DNA of 64,000 bases from NCBI GenBank assembly GCA_963754925.1, contig CAVWHX010000004.1:928001-992000 (forward strand). Direction: 5' to 3'. Shown piece after piece: positions 42,016-50,962 of this stretch (positions are counted from its first letter, which is position 1; each line of letters begins with the position of its first letter). This DNA comes from an uncultured delta proteobacterium (GTDB taxonomy: Bacteria; Myxococcota; B64-G9). Both the position numbers and the translations under genes were made by a program. The notes under the pieces were generated by a model. The model was not told the DNA's origin. It worked only from the letters and a program-made list of their open reading frames with translations, and searched no databases.

Positions 42016-42693
42016 ATGAATTCTTCTTTAAAGGATTTCAGTTCGTACCTTGTCGAGGGCGCCCGTCGAATGAAGTTAGCCCTTCCGAAAGAAAGCACCC
42101 AGCGCCTCCTGGTGCACCGCGATCTGCTCATTAAGTGGAACAAAGCCATCAATCTCACGACGGTACTTGATCCGCAAGGGATGGCTGAGAAATTATATCT
42201 CGACTCGGCTGTGCTGTGTCCCCATCTTGATGCGCGTACAGATTTGCACGATGTAGGGACTGGTGCGGGTTTTCCGGGGCTCGTGATCAAGGCGCTGCTT
42301 CCTGATCTCAAGGTTACCCTGACTGAATCCCGGAGCAAAAAAATTTCGTTTCTCAAAACGGCTGCGCGTGAAATGGGGCTTTTGGATGGGTTGGACATTC
42401 GCTGGGAGCGGGTGAACGAAGGGCTACCTAGGACCTGCGCGCTGAGCCATGAAGTTGTCTCGAGGGCAGTATTCCCGCCGGAAGAATGGCTAAAAATCGG
42501 ACCGCGATTGGTTGAGCCCGGCGGACGATTATGGGTAATGGCGGGACAGCCGCATGGCCAAGAAGAGCCGGGACCAGTCTGGGAACAGGCTCTAACCGGT
42601 TCTGGATTGGTATTGGAATCCCGTATTTTTTATCGCCTTCCGTTCAGTGATCGAGAACGATTTTTGATTGCGTTACGGAAGAGCTGCTCGTAA
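42016..42693 (+). CDS. rsmG: 16S rRNA m7G527 methyltransferase
   Basis: KWNKAINLT, DVGTGAGFPG, ESRSKKISFL, VVSRA. Confidence 0.95.
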   Translation: MNSSLKDFSSYLVEGARRMKLALPKESTQRLLVHRDLLIKWNKAINLTTVLDPQGMAEKLYLDSAVLCPHLDARTDLHDVGTGAGFPGLVIKALLPDLKVTLTESRSKKISFLKTAAREMGLLDGLDIRWERVNEGLPRTCALSHEVVSRAVFPPEEWLKIGPRLVEPGGRLWVMAGQPHGQEEPGPVWEQALTGSGLVLESRIFYRLPFSDRERFLIALRKSCS

Positions 42694-42773
42694 CAAAATT
42701 AGACTAAATAATTTGTGATTGAGCCGCTTTGTGGTAAAAGGGATTGCACCGTTCTTTTGGGAGATGGGTTTTT

Positions 42774-43544
42774 ATGGTTAAAGTAATCGCCATCGCCAAC
42801 CAGAAGGGTGGAGTGGGCAAGACCACCACGGCCATCAACCTGGCAGCCTTCCTGGCTGCGGCTGAAAAGAAGGTATTGCTTCTCGATATAGATCCGCAGG
42901 CCAATGCAACGACCGGCCTTGGACTCGGGGAGAAGCAACGTTTACGAGGTCTTTACCAAGTGCTCATGGGTGAGTGCGGGCTTCCGGAGGCAACCATCGC
43001 GACCGAACTGCCCTTTCTCAAAATGGTACCATCTGACAATAACCTGTTTGGCGCCGAGGTGGAATTGGTTGGTGTACCCGATCGCGAGAAACTTCTCAGA
43101 AATGCGCTGGTCGAGGCGCGCCACCAGTACGATCTCATTCTCATCGATTGCCCACCATCGTTAGGCTTGTTGACGATCAACGCACTTACTGCAGCCGATG
43201 CGGTCATTGTTCCTCTGCAGTGCGAGTACTATGCGCTGGAAGGGTTGACATCATTGCTCAACACCATCGAAATGATCAAGGGGTTTTTGAACCCGAACCT
43301 GGTCCTCCAAGGAATTGTACTGACAATGTTTGACCGTCGTAATGCTTTGGCCCACCGAGTGGCTGAAGAGGTCCGTGGTTATTTTAATGGTAAGGTCTTC
43401 AAAACAGTAATTCCTCGAAACGTTCGACTCTCTGAAGCACCTTCCTTTGGCAAACCAATTTTGCTTTACGATATTCGTTCAAGCGGCAGCGAAAGTTACC
43501 TTGCGCTCGCAAAAGAGGTGCTAGGATCTATTACAACTATTTGA
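42774..43544 (+). CDS. parA: Chromosome partitioning ATPase ParA/Soj
   Basis: NQKGGVGKTTT, DIDPQANAT, DCPPSLGLL, QCEYYALEG, IPRNVRLSEAPSFG. Confidence 0.97.
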   Translation: MVKVIAIANQKGGVGKTTTAINLAAFLAAAEKKVLLLDIDPQANATTGLGLGEKQRLRGLYQVLMGECGLPEATIATELPFLKMVPSDNNLFGAEVELVGVPDREKLLRNALVEARHQYDLILIDCPPSLGLLTINALTAADAVIVPLQCEYYALEGLTSLLNTIEMIKGFLNPNLVLQGIVLTMFDRRNALAHRVAEEVRGYFNGKVFKTVIPRNVRLSEAPSFGKPILLYDIRSSGSESYLALAKEVLGSITTI

Positions 43545-43558
43545 TTTATAAGGATATT

Positions 43559-44428
43559 ATGGAAATAAGCAAGCGACAGGCTCTCGGCAAAGGTTTACGG
43601 GCGTTGATCCCAGTGGGAGACGATAAACCCCAAGCGGTCGCACCAGGTTATATTCTCTGTTCGCCTGATGAATTGTTACCCAATGGTAAACAGCCTCGAC
43701 AGCGTTTTGATCCTGATAAATTAAGTGAATTGGTCGAGAGTATTAAATCCAAGGGTGTGATCCAACCGTTGATTGTCCGGAAGCATTCGAAGGGGTACCA
43801 AATTGTTGCCGGAGAACGACGTTTCCGAGCTGCAAAGTTGGCCGGTGTGACGGCGATCCCGGTCGTTGTAAAAGATCTCAGCGATGCTGAGATCCTCGAA
43901 GTAGCCCTGGTTGAAAACCTCCAGCGTGAAGATCTCAATCCCCTGGAAGAAGCCGAGGCATACCGACAGCTCATCGAGGAGCACGGACTCACGCAAGATG
44001 AACTGGCAACCCGCGTTGGCCGCCAGCGTAGCACCGTTGCTAACACACTGCGCCTGCTGAAACTGCCTGACGTGGTGCGTCGCTGGCTGCAGAACGGCGA
44101 ACTCAGCATGGGGCATGCCCGCGCCATCCTCGGGCTGCCGACGCCCGCAGAGCAACTGGCGCTGGCCAAGCAGGTGATCAAGGAACGATTGAGCGTGCGG
44201 GAATGTGAAGAGCTCGTGCGAGCCAAGCCTGATCAAAAAACCAACACAAAGAAAATTCCCCGTCAGAAGCGATACTCTACCGAACAGTTGGCATTGATTG
44301 AATCACTACAGCGCCGGCTGGGCACCAAGGTTGACCTGCACACAGGGCAGAAAGGTGGGAAATTGATCATCTATTATTTTTCACTTGACGAACTCGATCA
44401 CCTCCTTGCGGTGATCGGGGGGAGGTAG
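43559..44428 (+). CDS. parB: Chromosome partitioning protein ParB
   Basis: ALGKGLRALI, QPRQRF, AGERRFRAA, ENLQREDLNPLEEA, RSTVANTLRLL. Confidence 0.97.
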   Translation: MEISKRQALGKGLRALIPVGDDKPQAVAPGYILCSPDELLPNGKQPRQRFDPDKLSELVESIKSKGVIQPLIVRKHSKGYQIVAGERRFRAAKLAGVTAIPVVVKDLSDAEILEVALVENLQREDLNPLEEAEAYRQLIEEHGLTQDELATRVGRQRSTVANTLRLLKLPDVVRRWLQNGELSMGHARAILGLPTPAEQLALAKQVIKERLSVRECEELVRAKPDQKTNTKKIPRQKRYSTEQLALIESLQRRLGTKVDLHTGQKGGKLIIYYFSLDELDHLLAVIGGR

Positions 44429-44433
44429 CGCTT

Positions 44434-44949
44434 ATGGCGATTTTTAACAAACCCCTTAAGGCAATTACCGAATCATTATCTTCCCCTTTGAACCCAGCTC
44501 TGCCACCGAATCCGGAGCGGCAATGGGCTGCCACGAAAAAGGAGAACGCCGTGAGTCTTAAGACTGATGAGATCACCACAATTCTGGGAAAAGGATCGGA
44601 GTTTGAGGGCAAGTTGCATTTTGAAGGCACGTTGCGCATTGAGGGAGTGTTCTCAGGCGAAATCCGCTCTAATTCAATTTTGGTCGTTGGGGAGAGCGCG
44701 CGGATCACGGCTGAGATCGACGTGGCCACCATCATCATCAATGGCGAAGTAAAGGGCAACGTTCACGCTTCTCAATCAGTTGAGATTCGCAGCCCCGGTC
44801 GGATGATGGGAAACATAGAGACCCCCGCCTTAGTTATTGATAAGGGGGTTGTATTTGAGGGGCAATGTAAAATGGAGAATCTTGGCAAGAAGGTTACTTC
44901 GCCTGTATCACCAGTTGTAGAGGCATCGGCAAAGAAAGACAAAATCTAA
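44434..44949 (+). CDS. Bactofilin (polymer-forming cytoskeletal protein)
   Basis: TTILGKGSEFEGKLHFEGTLRIEG...GNIETPALVIDKGVVFEGQCKM; second in-frame start GTG 44551 with SD AAGGAG. Confidence 0.92.
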   Translation: MAIFNKPLKAITESLSSPLNPALPPNPERQWAATKKENAVSLKTDEITTILGKGSEFEGKLHFEGTLRIEGVFSGEIRSNSILVVGESARITAEIDVATIIINGEVKGNVHASQSVEIRSPGRMMGNIETPALVIDKGVVFEGQCKMENLGKKVTSPVSPVVEASAKKDKI

Positions 44950-45024
44950 CATCTCTCGATGATATCGAGATCAACACTGGTTACGTCCAAAATCGGGACA
45001 AGCCGCACGGGTGCCTTTATTAGC

Positions 45025-45525
45025 CTAGGCTGATGCGCTCTTCTTAGAACGAACCCATTCCATGAAGTGCTTGGCACAGAGGCCCTTTGCGCGCGCCGGC
45101 TTTCCGCAGTCCTTTACCGAGCAAATACCTTTACTGCGGGTGCGGGCCACGGCCTTCCGCGTCTTTTTACGTGTTGCTTTCTTGACCCGAACGCGTTTTG
45201 GCGCATTGGGATGCTTCTCGGCGTAGCGCTGCCGCTGATAGTGCTTCGAACAGAGTCCCTTTGCGCGCGCCGGTTTGTTGCAGCCACGTGCGGAGCACTT
45301 CGCACCCTTACGCTTACCAGAAGCTTTCGCAACAGCGGCTTTTCTTCTGCCCGCTCGGGGCGCTGCGGCTGGCGTGGATCCGCGCGAGATGCGCGAGACG
45401 ACCGCATCGAGCTTCTTCATCACACCGGAGGTGGCAATGCCTTCGGAGAGGCCACGGGCCACTTGATCTCCGAGCTGGCGCAGCATGGACTCGAGAACGA
45501 CTTGAATGCTGGCTTTCTTCACCAC
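45025..45525 (-). CDS. VegA-like basic 'vegetative protein' with two Cys/His repeats
   Basis: K/R/A-rich; two copies of C-x4-C-xKPARAKGLC-x2-H; SD GGGAGG; upstream TTGACA-18 nt-TACTGT (45561-45590). Confidence 0.7.
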   Translation of the reverse strand: MVKKASIQVVLESMLRQLGDQVARGLSEGIATSGVMKKLDAVVSRISRGSTPAAAPRAGRRKAAVAKASGKRKGAKCSARGCNKPARAKGLCSKHYQRQRYAEKHPNAPKRVRVKKATRKKTRKAVARTRSKGICSVKDCGKPARAKGLCAKHFMEWVRSKKSASA

Positions 45526-45844
45526 AGGATCCTCCCTCGGTTATTACGACATTAGACAACACAGTACCCGGATCGATCCAACAATGTCAAACAATTGTTT
45601 TGATATGTATACGATCGCTTCATAGAATATGCATTATGGGCGTATACAACAATTATTGGAAGTACGATACGTTAATATTGGTGTTTATAAAAATAACGTC
45701 TAACAACCAGTTGAGCGACATTTATCATATATTAATTAAAAATAAAGATAAATCGTATTACCTCATACGGTAATTTGATAAAAAAAGTTCCCCGGGCACC
45801 CTTTTATTTTATATATTATTGCCTAAGATTAACAGACGGTTTCG

Positions 45845-46234
45845 TTAGCTTTGAAGTGCCGCCACGTGTAATTGGTGCAGCACATCGAAGATCTCGGTTT
45901 GTTTTCGTTTGAGTACATAACGACGGATGCGCTCACTATCCCACGATGAAATCCACGTAAACACGATACCAAATTCTTGAATTTCATTTTCTTCATCGGT
46001 ATGCACCACCCGTCCCTCGGCGCAAATAGGGGACTCATCGTCGGGCAAGGCGAACTCAACCTTGACTTCGTTGGCTGGCTCCGACGCACATAGTGATGGT
46101 TTGATATAGTGCAGCCCTTGGGGGCTAATATCGGTGGCGCGCGCGACAATGCTGGTACCCGTTTCATGCTCTTCGTTGATAAAAACGTTGATGTCAGCCC
46201 TGAGAACTTTCCGTCGTTCACTTACGGCTTCCAT
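45845..46234 (-). CDS. PilZ domain protein
   Basis: ERRKVLR (RxxxR), DISPQG (DxSxxG), FGIVF; promoter TTGACT-17 nt-TAGTAT at 46271-46299. Confidence 0.85.
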   Translation of the reverse strand: MEAVSERRKVLRADINVFINEEHETGTSIVARATDISPQGLHYIKPSLCASEPANEVKVEFALPDDESPICAEGRVVHTDEENEIQEFGIVFTWISSWDSERIRRYVLKRKQTEIFDVLHQLHVAALQS

Positions 46235-46552
46235 CGAATGCTCCCTCCCGTGTAATGATAATCTGGACCTATACTATGTTGTTAGGTAACCCCAGTCAAG
46301 AAAACAACAAAACCCACTATAACTCGGTTCGAACAAAGTGTTACACCCCTATTTCACTGATAACCGCGGCGTCTTTTTTCCAAAAATCAATAATTATCTC
46401 TTGATGAATGTTGTTGATTCGACGATGGCGACGGGTATATCTTGCTGTCGATAGTATCCATGCAGGTTTTTGTACGACCGGTATGCATGGTTTCATTTTT
46501 TATAAAAGCGAGGCGTGGATTGAAGTTGGGAAGACAGGGTACGGTGAGACGC

Positions 46553-47026
46553 ATGAGCATTAACGTCTTGACGGTCTCACTGATGTGCTCGGTTGCATGT
46601 GCTTCGTTGCACTCGTCCGAGAATGACTTGAGTGTGATTGTTGAAGATTTCCATCACGATCTGCGTTGGAAGTATAATGATACCGCAGTTGCTCGTGTTG
46701 ATCCGCGGTACTCCTCAGATCTTCTTGACGAACTCGAGGCTGCAAAAGACTTGTTGTTTATTACGGGCTATGAAATACGGCACGTTGAACCCGATCCGTC
46801 TAGCCAGGTTGTAAAAGTAAAAGTGTTGTTCAGCTATTACCGCATGCCTTCAACGGTGGTGAAAGAAGAGATGGCGGTACAGTCATGGAAGAAAATAAAA
46901 GATAAGTGGTTTCTGATATCGCAAGAGGGTGGTCCATTTCCCATTCCACCCATTACTCACGACAAACCTCTTCAAAAGGATAAGCCTCCTGAAGAGGACG
47001 GTCACGATGGGCGCTCTACAGAATAG
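46553..47026 (+). CDS. Hypothetical lipoprotein
   Basis: Hydrophobic leader with lipobox-like SVAC; FHHDLRW motif; start uncertain. Confidence 0.65.
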   Translation: MSINVLTVSLMCSVACASLHSSENDLSVIVEDFHHDLRWKYNDTAVARVDPRYSSDLLDELEAAKDLLFITGYEIRHVEPDPSSQVVKVKVLFSYYRMPSTVVKEEMAVQSWKKIKDKWFLISQEGGPFPIPPITHDKPLQKDKPPEEDGHDGRSTE

Positions 47027-47774
47027 CGAGAGCCCACCGACTGATCACGTTGAGTCACCGCGTACCCTTTACGGTGACGATGAGATAGTCGTGGTTAGCA
47101 AGCCGGCGGGCATGCATGTATTTCCGTTACATGAGGGCGAACAGACCGTACTGACGTATGTCACGCAACAATGGCCAGAAACGAGTGAGATTGGTGACCC
47201 GCGATTTCCGGCCATTGCGCACCGTTTGGATCTCGGCACCTCTGGATTGTTGTTGGTAGCGCGGACTCAAGAAGCGTATCAAGCTTTGCGGAACATGTTT
47301 CGGCGTCGACTGGTGCATAAGACCTATCTGGCGCTCGTAGAGGGCACGATAGCGCAGCCGTGCTCGATTGACCTTCCCATCGGCGCCCGCTACCGACACT
47401 CGCGTAGGGTCATACTCGTTGCCAATCAACGGAGCCTCCGTACGGCGCGATCACTCCGGCCGGCAATGACTTCGATTCATCCACTCGGCAGCGCCCACGG
47501 CTTTTGTCTCTGTCGAGTGGAAATGACGACCGGCGTGCGGCATCAAATTCGCGCCCATCTCAGCCACCTTGGACATCCGATCGTCGGGGATACGCTCTAT
47601 GGCGCAACTCGGTCACTACCGGAAACCGCGGATCGCTTCTTGCTACACGCCTGGCGTCTCGATCTGGCACACCCGACGAGCCATCAGGCGCTTTCGGTTA
47701 CCTGTCCGCTGCCCGAAAAGTTTACCGCGGTCCTTGCCCGGTTGGGCATAGGGTTACCCCCCCCAGGGGGATAA
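47007..47774 (+). CDS. RluA/RluD family pseudouridine synthase
   Basis: SKPAG, HRLDLGTSG, KTYLALV, TGVRHQIRAHL..LGHPIVGD.LYG, LHA. Confidence 0.93.
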   Translation: MGALQNSESPPTDHVESPRTLYGDDEIVVVSKPAGMHVFPLHEGEQTVLTYVTQQWPETSEIGDPRFPAIAHRLDLGTSGLLLVARTQEAYQALRNMFRRRLVHKTYLALVEGTIAQPCSIDLPIGARYRHSRRVILVANQRSLRTARSLRPAMTSIHPLGSAHGFCLCRVEMTTGVRHQIRAHLSHLGHPIVGDTLYGATRSLPETADRFLLHAWRLDLAHPTSHQALSVTCPLPEKFTAVLARLGIGLPPPGG

Positions 47775-47813
47775 GAGACTGTAACGCTCGCTTCGTTCGC
47801 TAACAGTCTCTAA
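47757..47813 (-). repeat. REP-like hairpin, copy B
   Basis: Minus strand TTAGAGACTGTTAGCGAACGAAGCGAGCGTTACAGTCTCTTATCCCCCTGGGGG; contains the stop codons of both convergent flanking genes. Confidence 0.85.
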
Positions 47814-48646
47814 CGATCGGATAGCTGCTTGACCACTTCGATCATGGCTGAGTCGGCCGAGCGATCGATCACCTCATGTTGCATCTGCTGACGTTGCGAT
47901 TCCATGAGGCTACTACCATCCATCCATGAATTCGCCTGGCCGCCCACGGTAAATTCGGGTTCCTTTTCGACCAAGGAGAAGCCGGCAATGCTCATCGCGG
48001 CGTAGAAGGTCGTGCGGCCGGAATCGCTTTCGGTCCGCAGCTCGGTCAATTCCGGTTTGAGCAAGAAACCGGTCAGTTTTCGTCGTGATAGGTGGGCAGC
48101 GAGATCTGGTGGACTGAGAACTTCGTATTCGCCGGCGCCCGGGACCAAGCCGCCGGTGCGGTTGATAAACTCCCTCAATCTGGTCGTCACCTGTTGTCCG
48201 TAGGATACAGCAACACCTTTCGGTAAAAGCGGACGCTCGATCTCCAAGAGGTAAAACGGAGGTTTCGGCCGCGCCTGATCGAGCATTATGAGCGCTTTTT
48301 CGGCGCTCCTGGCAATAAGTTGACTATTATGAGCAATCAAAAAGCCGAATTGCTGGCGTGATTCCTCGTCATGAAGCTTGGCAAGCGACACACACGCGGC
48401 GGCGCGAACCGAGTCATGCTCATCGTTTTTAGCGAGCATTTTTCTTAAGCTGGGAATACCACCCGCTGTTTTGTTGTTGCCGATCAGGATTACCGCCTCA
48501 AGCCGAACCTTGAAGTTCGGATCCGCCAGAGCCCGAACCCAGCGCGTCGCCAATGATGAGGAACGTTGTGCCAGGGCGTTGGAAACAACCAAAAGCGACA
48601 TGACAACGCCAAGCCACGTGAGGTACTTCACCGGATCACCTCTCAC
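47810..48646 (-). CDS. Secreted HEAT-repeat protein
   Basis: Signal peptide; LADPNFKVRLEAVILIG, DSVRAAACVSLAKL. Confidence 0.75.
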   Translation of the reverse strand: MRGDPVKYLTWLGVVMSLLVVSNALAQRSSSLATRWVRALADPNFKVRLEAVILIGNNKTAGGIPSLRKMLAKNDEHDSVRAAACVSLAKLHDEESRQQFGFLIAHNSQLIARSAEKALIMLDQARPKPPFYLLEIERPLLPKGVAVSYGQQVTTRLREFINRTGGLVPGAGEYEVLSPPDLAAHLSRRKLTGFLLKPELTELRTESDSGRTTFYAAMSIAGFSLVEKEPEFTVGGQANSWMDGSSLMESQRQQMQHEVIDRSADSAMIEVVKQLSDR

Positions 48647-48736
48647 CTATCCCACAGGTTGGTTTACCAACAACGAGCGCCATTTGAAGCGCATTATACC
48701 CACCACTATCAGTATTATAACCATTCAGTCAAAATT

Positions 48737-48838
48737 GCGCGCCGGGTCCTGACGCCTCACATCCTTAGAGACTGTTAGCGAACGAAGTGAGCCTACAGTC
48801 TTTTATCCTGTGCGGCTTGGCTGCGTCACCCAGCGCGT
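48737..48838. repeat. Second palindromic family (CGCGCCGGGTCCTG...GCGTCACCCAGCGCGT) carrying REP-like copy C at 48765-48808
   Basis: Outer arms match 61344-61436; the inner 44 bp match copy B and 56820-56927. Confidence 0.85.
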
Positions 48839-48879
48839 GTCAGTCCTTTAACTAATGACTGAATGGTTACGATAACCCG

Positions 48880-49557
48880 CTACTTACTGTTCTCGGGCGC
48901 CTCGATGACGGCGACTCCTTTTGGAATTTCGAATTTAAAAATTTCGTCTTTCAGGCCCACGTTGATCCTCGCTTTGGTGAAAAAAATCTGGTTGACATTG
49001 CCGCCGGGATCTTCGACCAGGGTTTCGTCGACCATGAAGCTTTCCGTATCGACGACAAAGATAAGCTTCGTAAAGTGCGCATCCTTTTTGGGTTGCAACT
49101 CCAGCGCAACCTGCTTCGGTCCTGCAAGGTCGGTTCGCTTCGAAAAGGCGATTTGAAATTCTTCAGTTAGATTGCCCTTACCCCAGAGGAAGGTTACAGC
49201 TGCGCTGAGATCGGAATCAGAGAAGGTGCGATCCACCATCACTTGCTCCAACTCCGGGTCATAGGCATACAGCGCGTGTCCGTCAGCCACAAAGTATTTT
49301 GGACGCGGTTCTTTATAATCCCAACGCATACGGCCGGGTTTTTTGATGTAAACATACCCGCTCGAAGTTTTGTCCTTGCCGAGCGTCTCGGCGTGATAAA
49401 CCTGCCGGAAGGCAGCCTGGAAGTCAGCAGTCTTATCGTAGAACTTCTGTATCTTGGCGGCGATCTCACGCGGGGCGAGCTGGCCGGCGACGGCCTGATG
49501 CACCAATAACGAGATGGTACCTATCAACAAGGCACCCAAAGAAGATCGTCGAATCAT
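48880..49557 (-). CDS. lolA: Outer membrane lipoprotein carrier LolA
   Basis: DFQAAFRQ, GYVYIKKPGRMRWDY, VADG..YDPELEQV, FKFEIPKGV. Confidence 0.9.
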   Translation of the reverse strand: MIRRSSLGALLIGTISLLVHQAVAGQLAPREIAAKIQKFYDKTADFQAAFRQVYHAETLGKDKTSSGYVYIKKPGRMRWDYKEPRPKYFVADGHALYAYDPELEQVMVDRTFSDSDLSAAVTFLWGKGNLTEEFQIAFSKRTDLAGPKQVALELQPKKDAHFTKLIFVVDTESFMVDETLVEDPGGNVNQIFFTKARINVGLKDEIFKFEIPKGVAVIEAPENSK

Positions 49558-49616
49558 ACCGTATAGCTCCTATCCAGAGAGTTTACTCGATTGGACGTGT
49601 TATTCCATATATTCCT

Positions 49617-50948
49617 TCAGACGGGCGGGCCGACGATCGTTCCTTCCAGATCGTAGGGGCCAACCCGGGTCACCCGCATGCACACGATGTCGCCAACCGT
49701 CGCCTGCCCGTGGAGAATTGTTTTTCCGTCGACTTCGGGGGCCTGGTTCCAGGCCCGCCCGCGGAAGCGATTCTTGCCCGTGCAGGCTTCGACGAGCACC
49801 TCGATCGTTTTTCCCCCGAGGCTGCGGTGGTACGCGTAGCTGATCTTCTGCTGAAGCGCCAGCAGCTGTCGTTGGCGGCGTCGTGCGAGTGCGGCTGGCA
49901 CCTGATTCGGAAACGTGCAAGCCGGGCTGCCTTCTTCCGGCGAGAAAGTAAAAACACCTATGCGCTCAAAACGGGATTCTTCGACAAACTGCACCAACTG
50001 CCGGAATGCCTCTTCACTCTCGCCGGGAAAGCCGGTCATCAGCGTGGTGCGGATCGCCACCCCGGGGAGTTCCGCTCGTATTCGTGCGATCAGCTGGCGT
50101 ATGTTCGTGGCGTTGCCACCCCGGCGCATGCGCCTCAGAACGCCGGCATCAATATGCTGCAACGGAATGTCCAGGTAGGGAATAATCACCGGTGAACGGG
50201 CCATTACCTTCAACAGTTGATGGAAGCTGCGTGTTGGGTACAGGTACAACAACCGCAGCCAGCGCAAGCCGGCAACGGCGGCAATGGCCTTCACGAGGTC
50301 GGGCAGGTGCGGTCGGTTATGCAAATCGCGCCCCCAGGCCGAGAGATCTTGGGCTACTAGGATGATCTCGGCAGCCCCGAGCTTAATGAGGTTTTCGGCA
50401 TCGCGTACCAGATCGATGAGGGGGCGGCTGCGTTGCGGCCCGCGAATATTCGGAATAACACAAAACGAGCAGCGCTGCGAGCACCCCTCGGCCACTTTGA
50501 GGTAGGCCGCCCCGGCCGAAAGTGAATTAACGCGGCCGGTTGTGGCGCGAGGTAAAAACGATGCGGCAGGCCGCGCCCGCAAACGCCGCTTCGGCTTCTT
50601 ACGGAGCAGCTTTGGCAGGTTTCCCACCTCGGCCGGGCCAATAAACAGATCGACTTCGGGCAACTCGGCCAGCAACTGTTGCCGATAGCGGCTGGTCAGG
50701 CAACCAGCCACCACCAGTTGCGCGCAGCGGCCTGAGCGTCGATGGCTGGCAAGCGCTACAATGGTCTGGAGCGACTCTTCCACGGCCGAGCGAATGAAGG
50801 CGCAGGTATTGACCACAATGACGTCGGCATCGGCCGGATCGTCCACCGCTCTGAGACCACGAGCGGCCATGCCTGCCCAGAGGATCTCGGAGTCAATGCG
50901 ATTTTTGGGGCAGCCGAGCCCGACCAGGTGAAAGGTCCGATCATCCAT
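49617..50948 (-). CDS. rimO: Ribosomal protein S12 methylthiotransferase
   Basis: LGCPKNRIDSE, NTCAFI, YLKVAEGCSQRCSFCVIP, APEVDG (TRAM domain). Confidence 0.95.
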   Translation of the reverse strand: MDDRTFHLVGLGCPKNRIDSEILWAGMAARGLRAVDDPADADVIVVNTCAFIRSAVEESLQTIVALASHRRSGRCAQLVVAGCLTSRYRQQLLAELPEVDLFIGPAEVGNLPKLLRKKPKRRLRARPAASFLPRATTGRVNSLSAGAAYLKVAEGCSQRCSFCVIPNIRGPQRSRPLIDLVRDAENLIKLGAAEIILVAQDLSAWGRDLHNRPHLPDLVKAIAAVAGLRWLRLLYLYPTRSFHQLLKVMARSPVIIPYLDIPLQHIDAGVLRRMRRGGNATNIRQLIARIRAELPGVAIRTTLMTGFPGESEEAFRQLVQFVEESRFERIGVFTFSPEEGSPACTFPNQVPAALARRRQRQLLALQQKISYAYHRSLGGKTIEVLVEACTGKNRFRGRAWNQAPEVDGKTILHGQATVGDIVCMRVTRVGPYDLEGTIVGPPV

Positions 50949-50962
50949 ACCAATTGTGATTC

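Noticed and set aside
45556..45830. AT-rich spacer as a second origin or as ORF 45198-45773
   Set aside because: No clustered DnaA boxes or trios seen; it contains the promoter of the VegA-like gene, and the ORF is antisense to that gene.
47757..48808. Composite transposon formed by two inverted repeat copies around the HEAT gene
   Set aside because: No transposase or target duplication; the same unit occurs singly elsewhere, so the flanking is probably coincidental.
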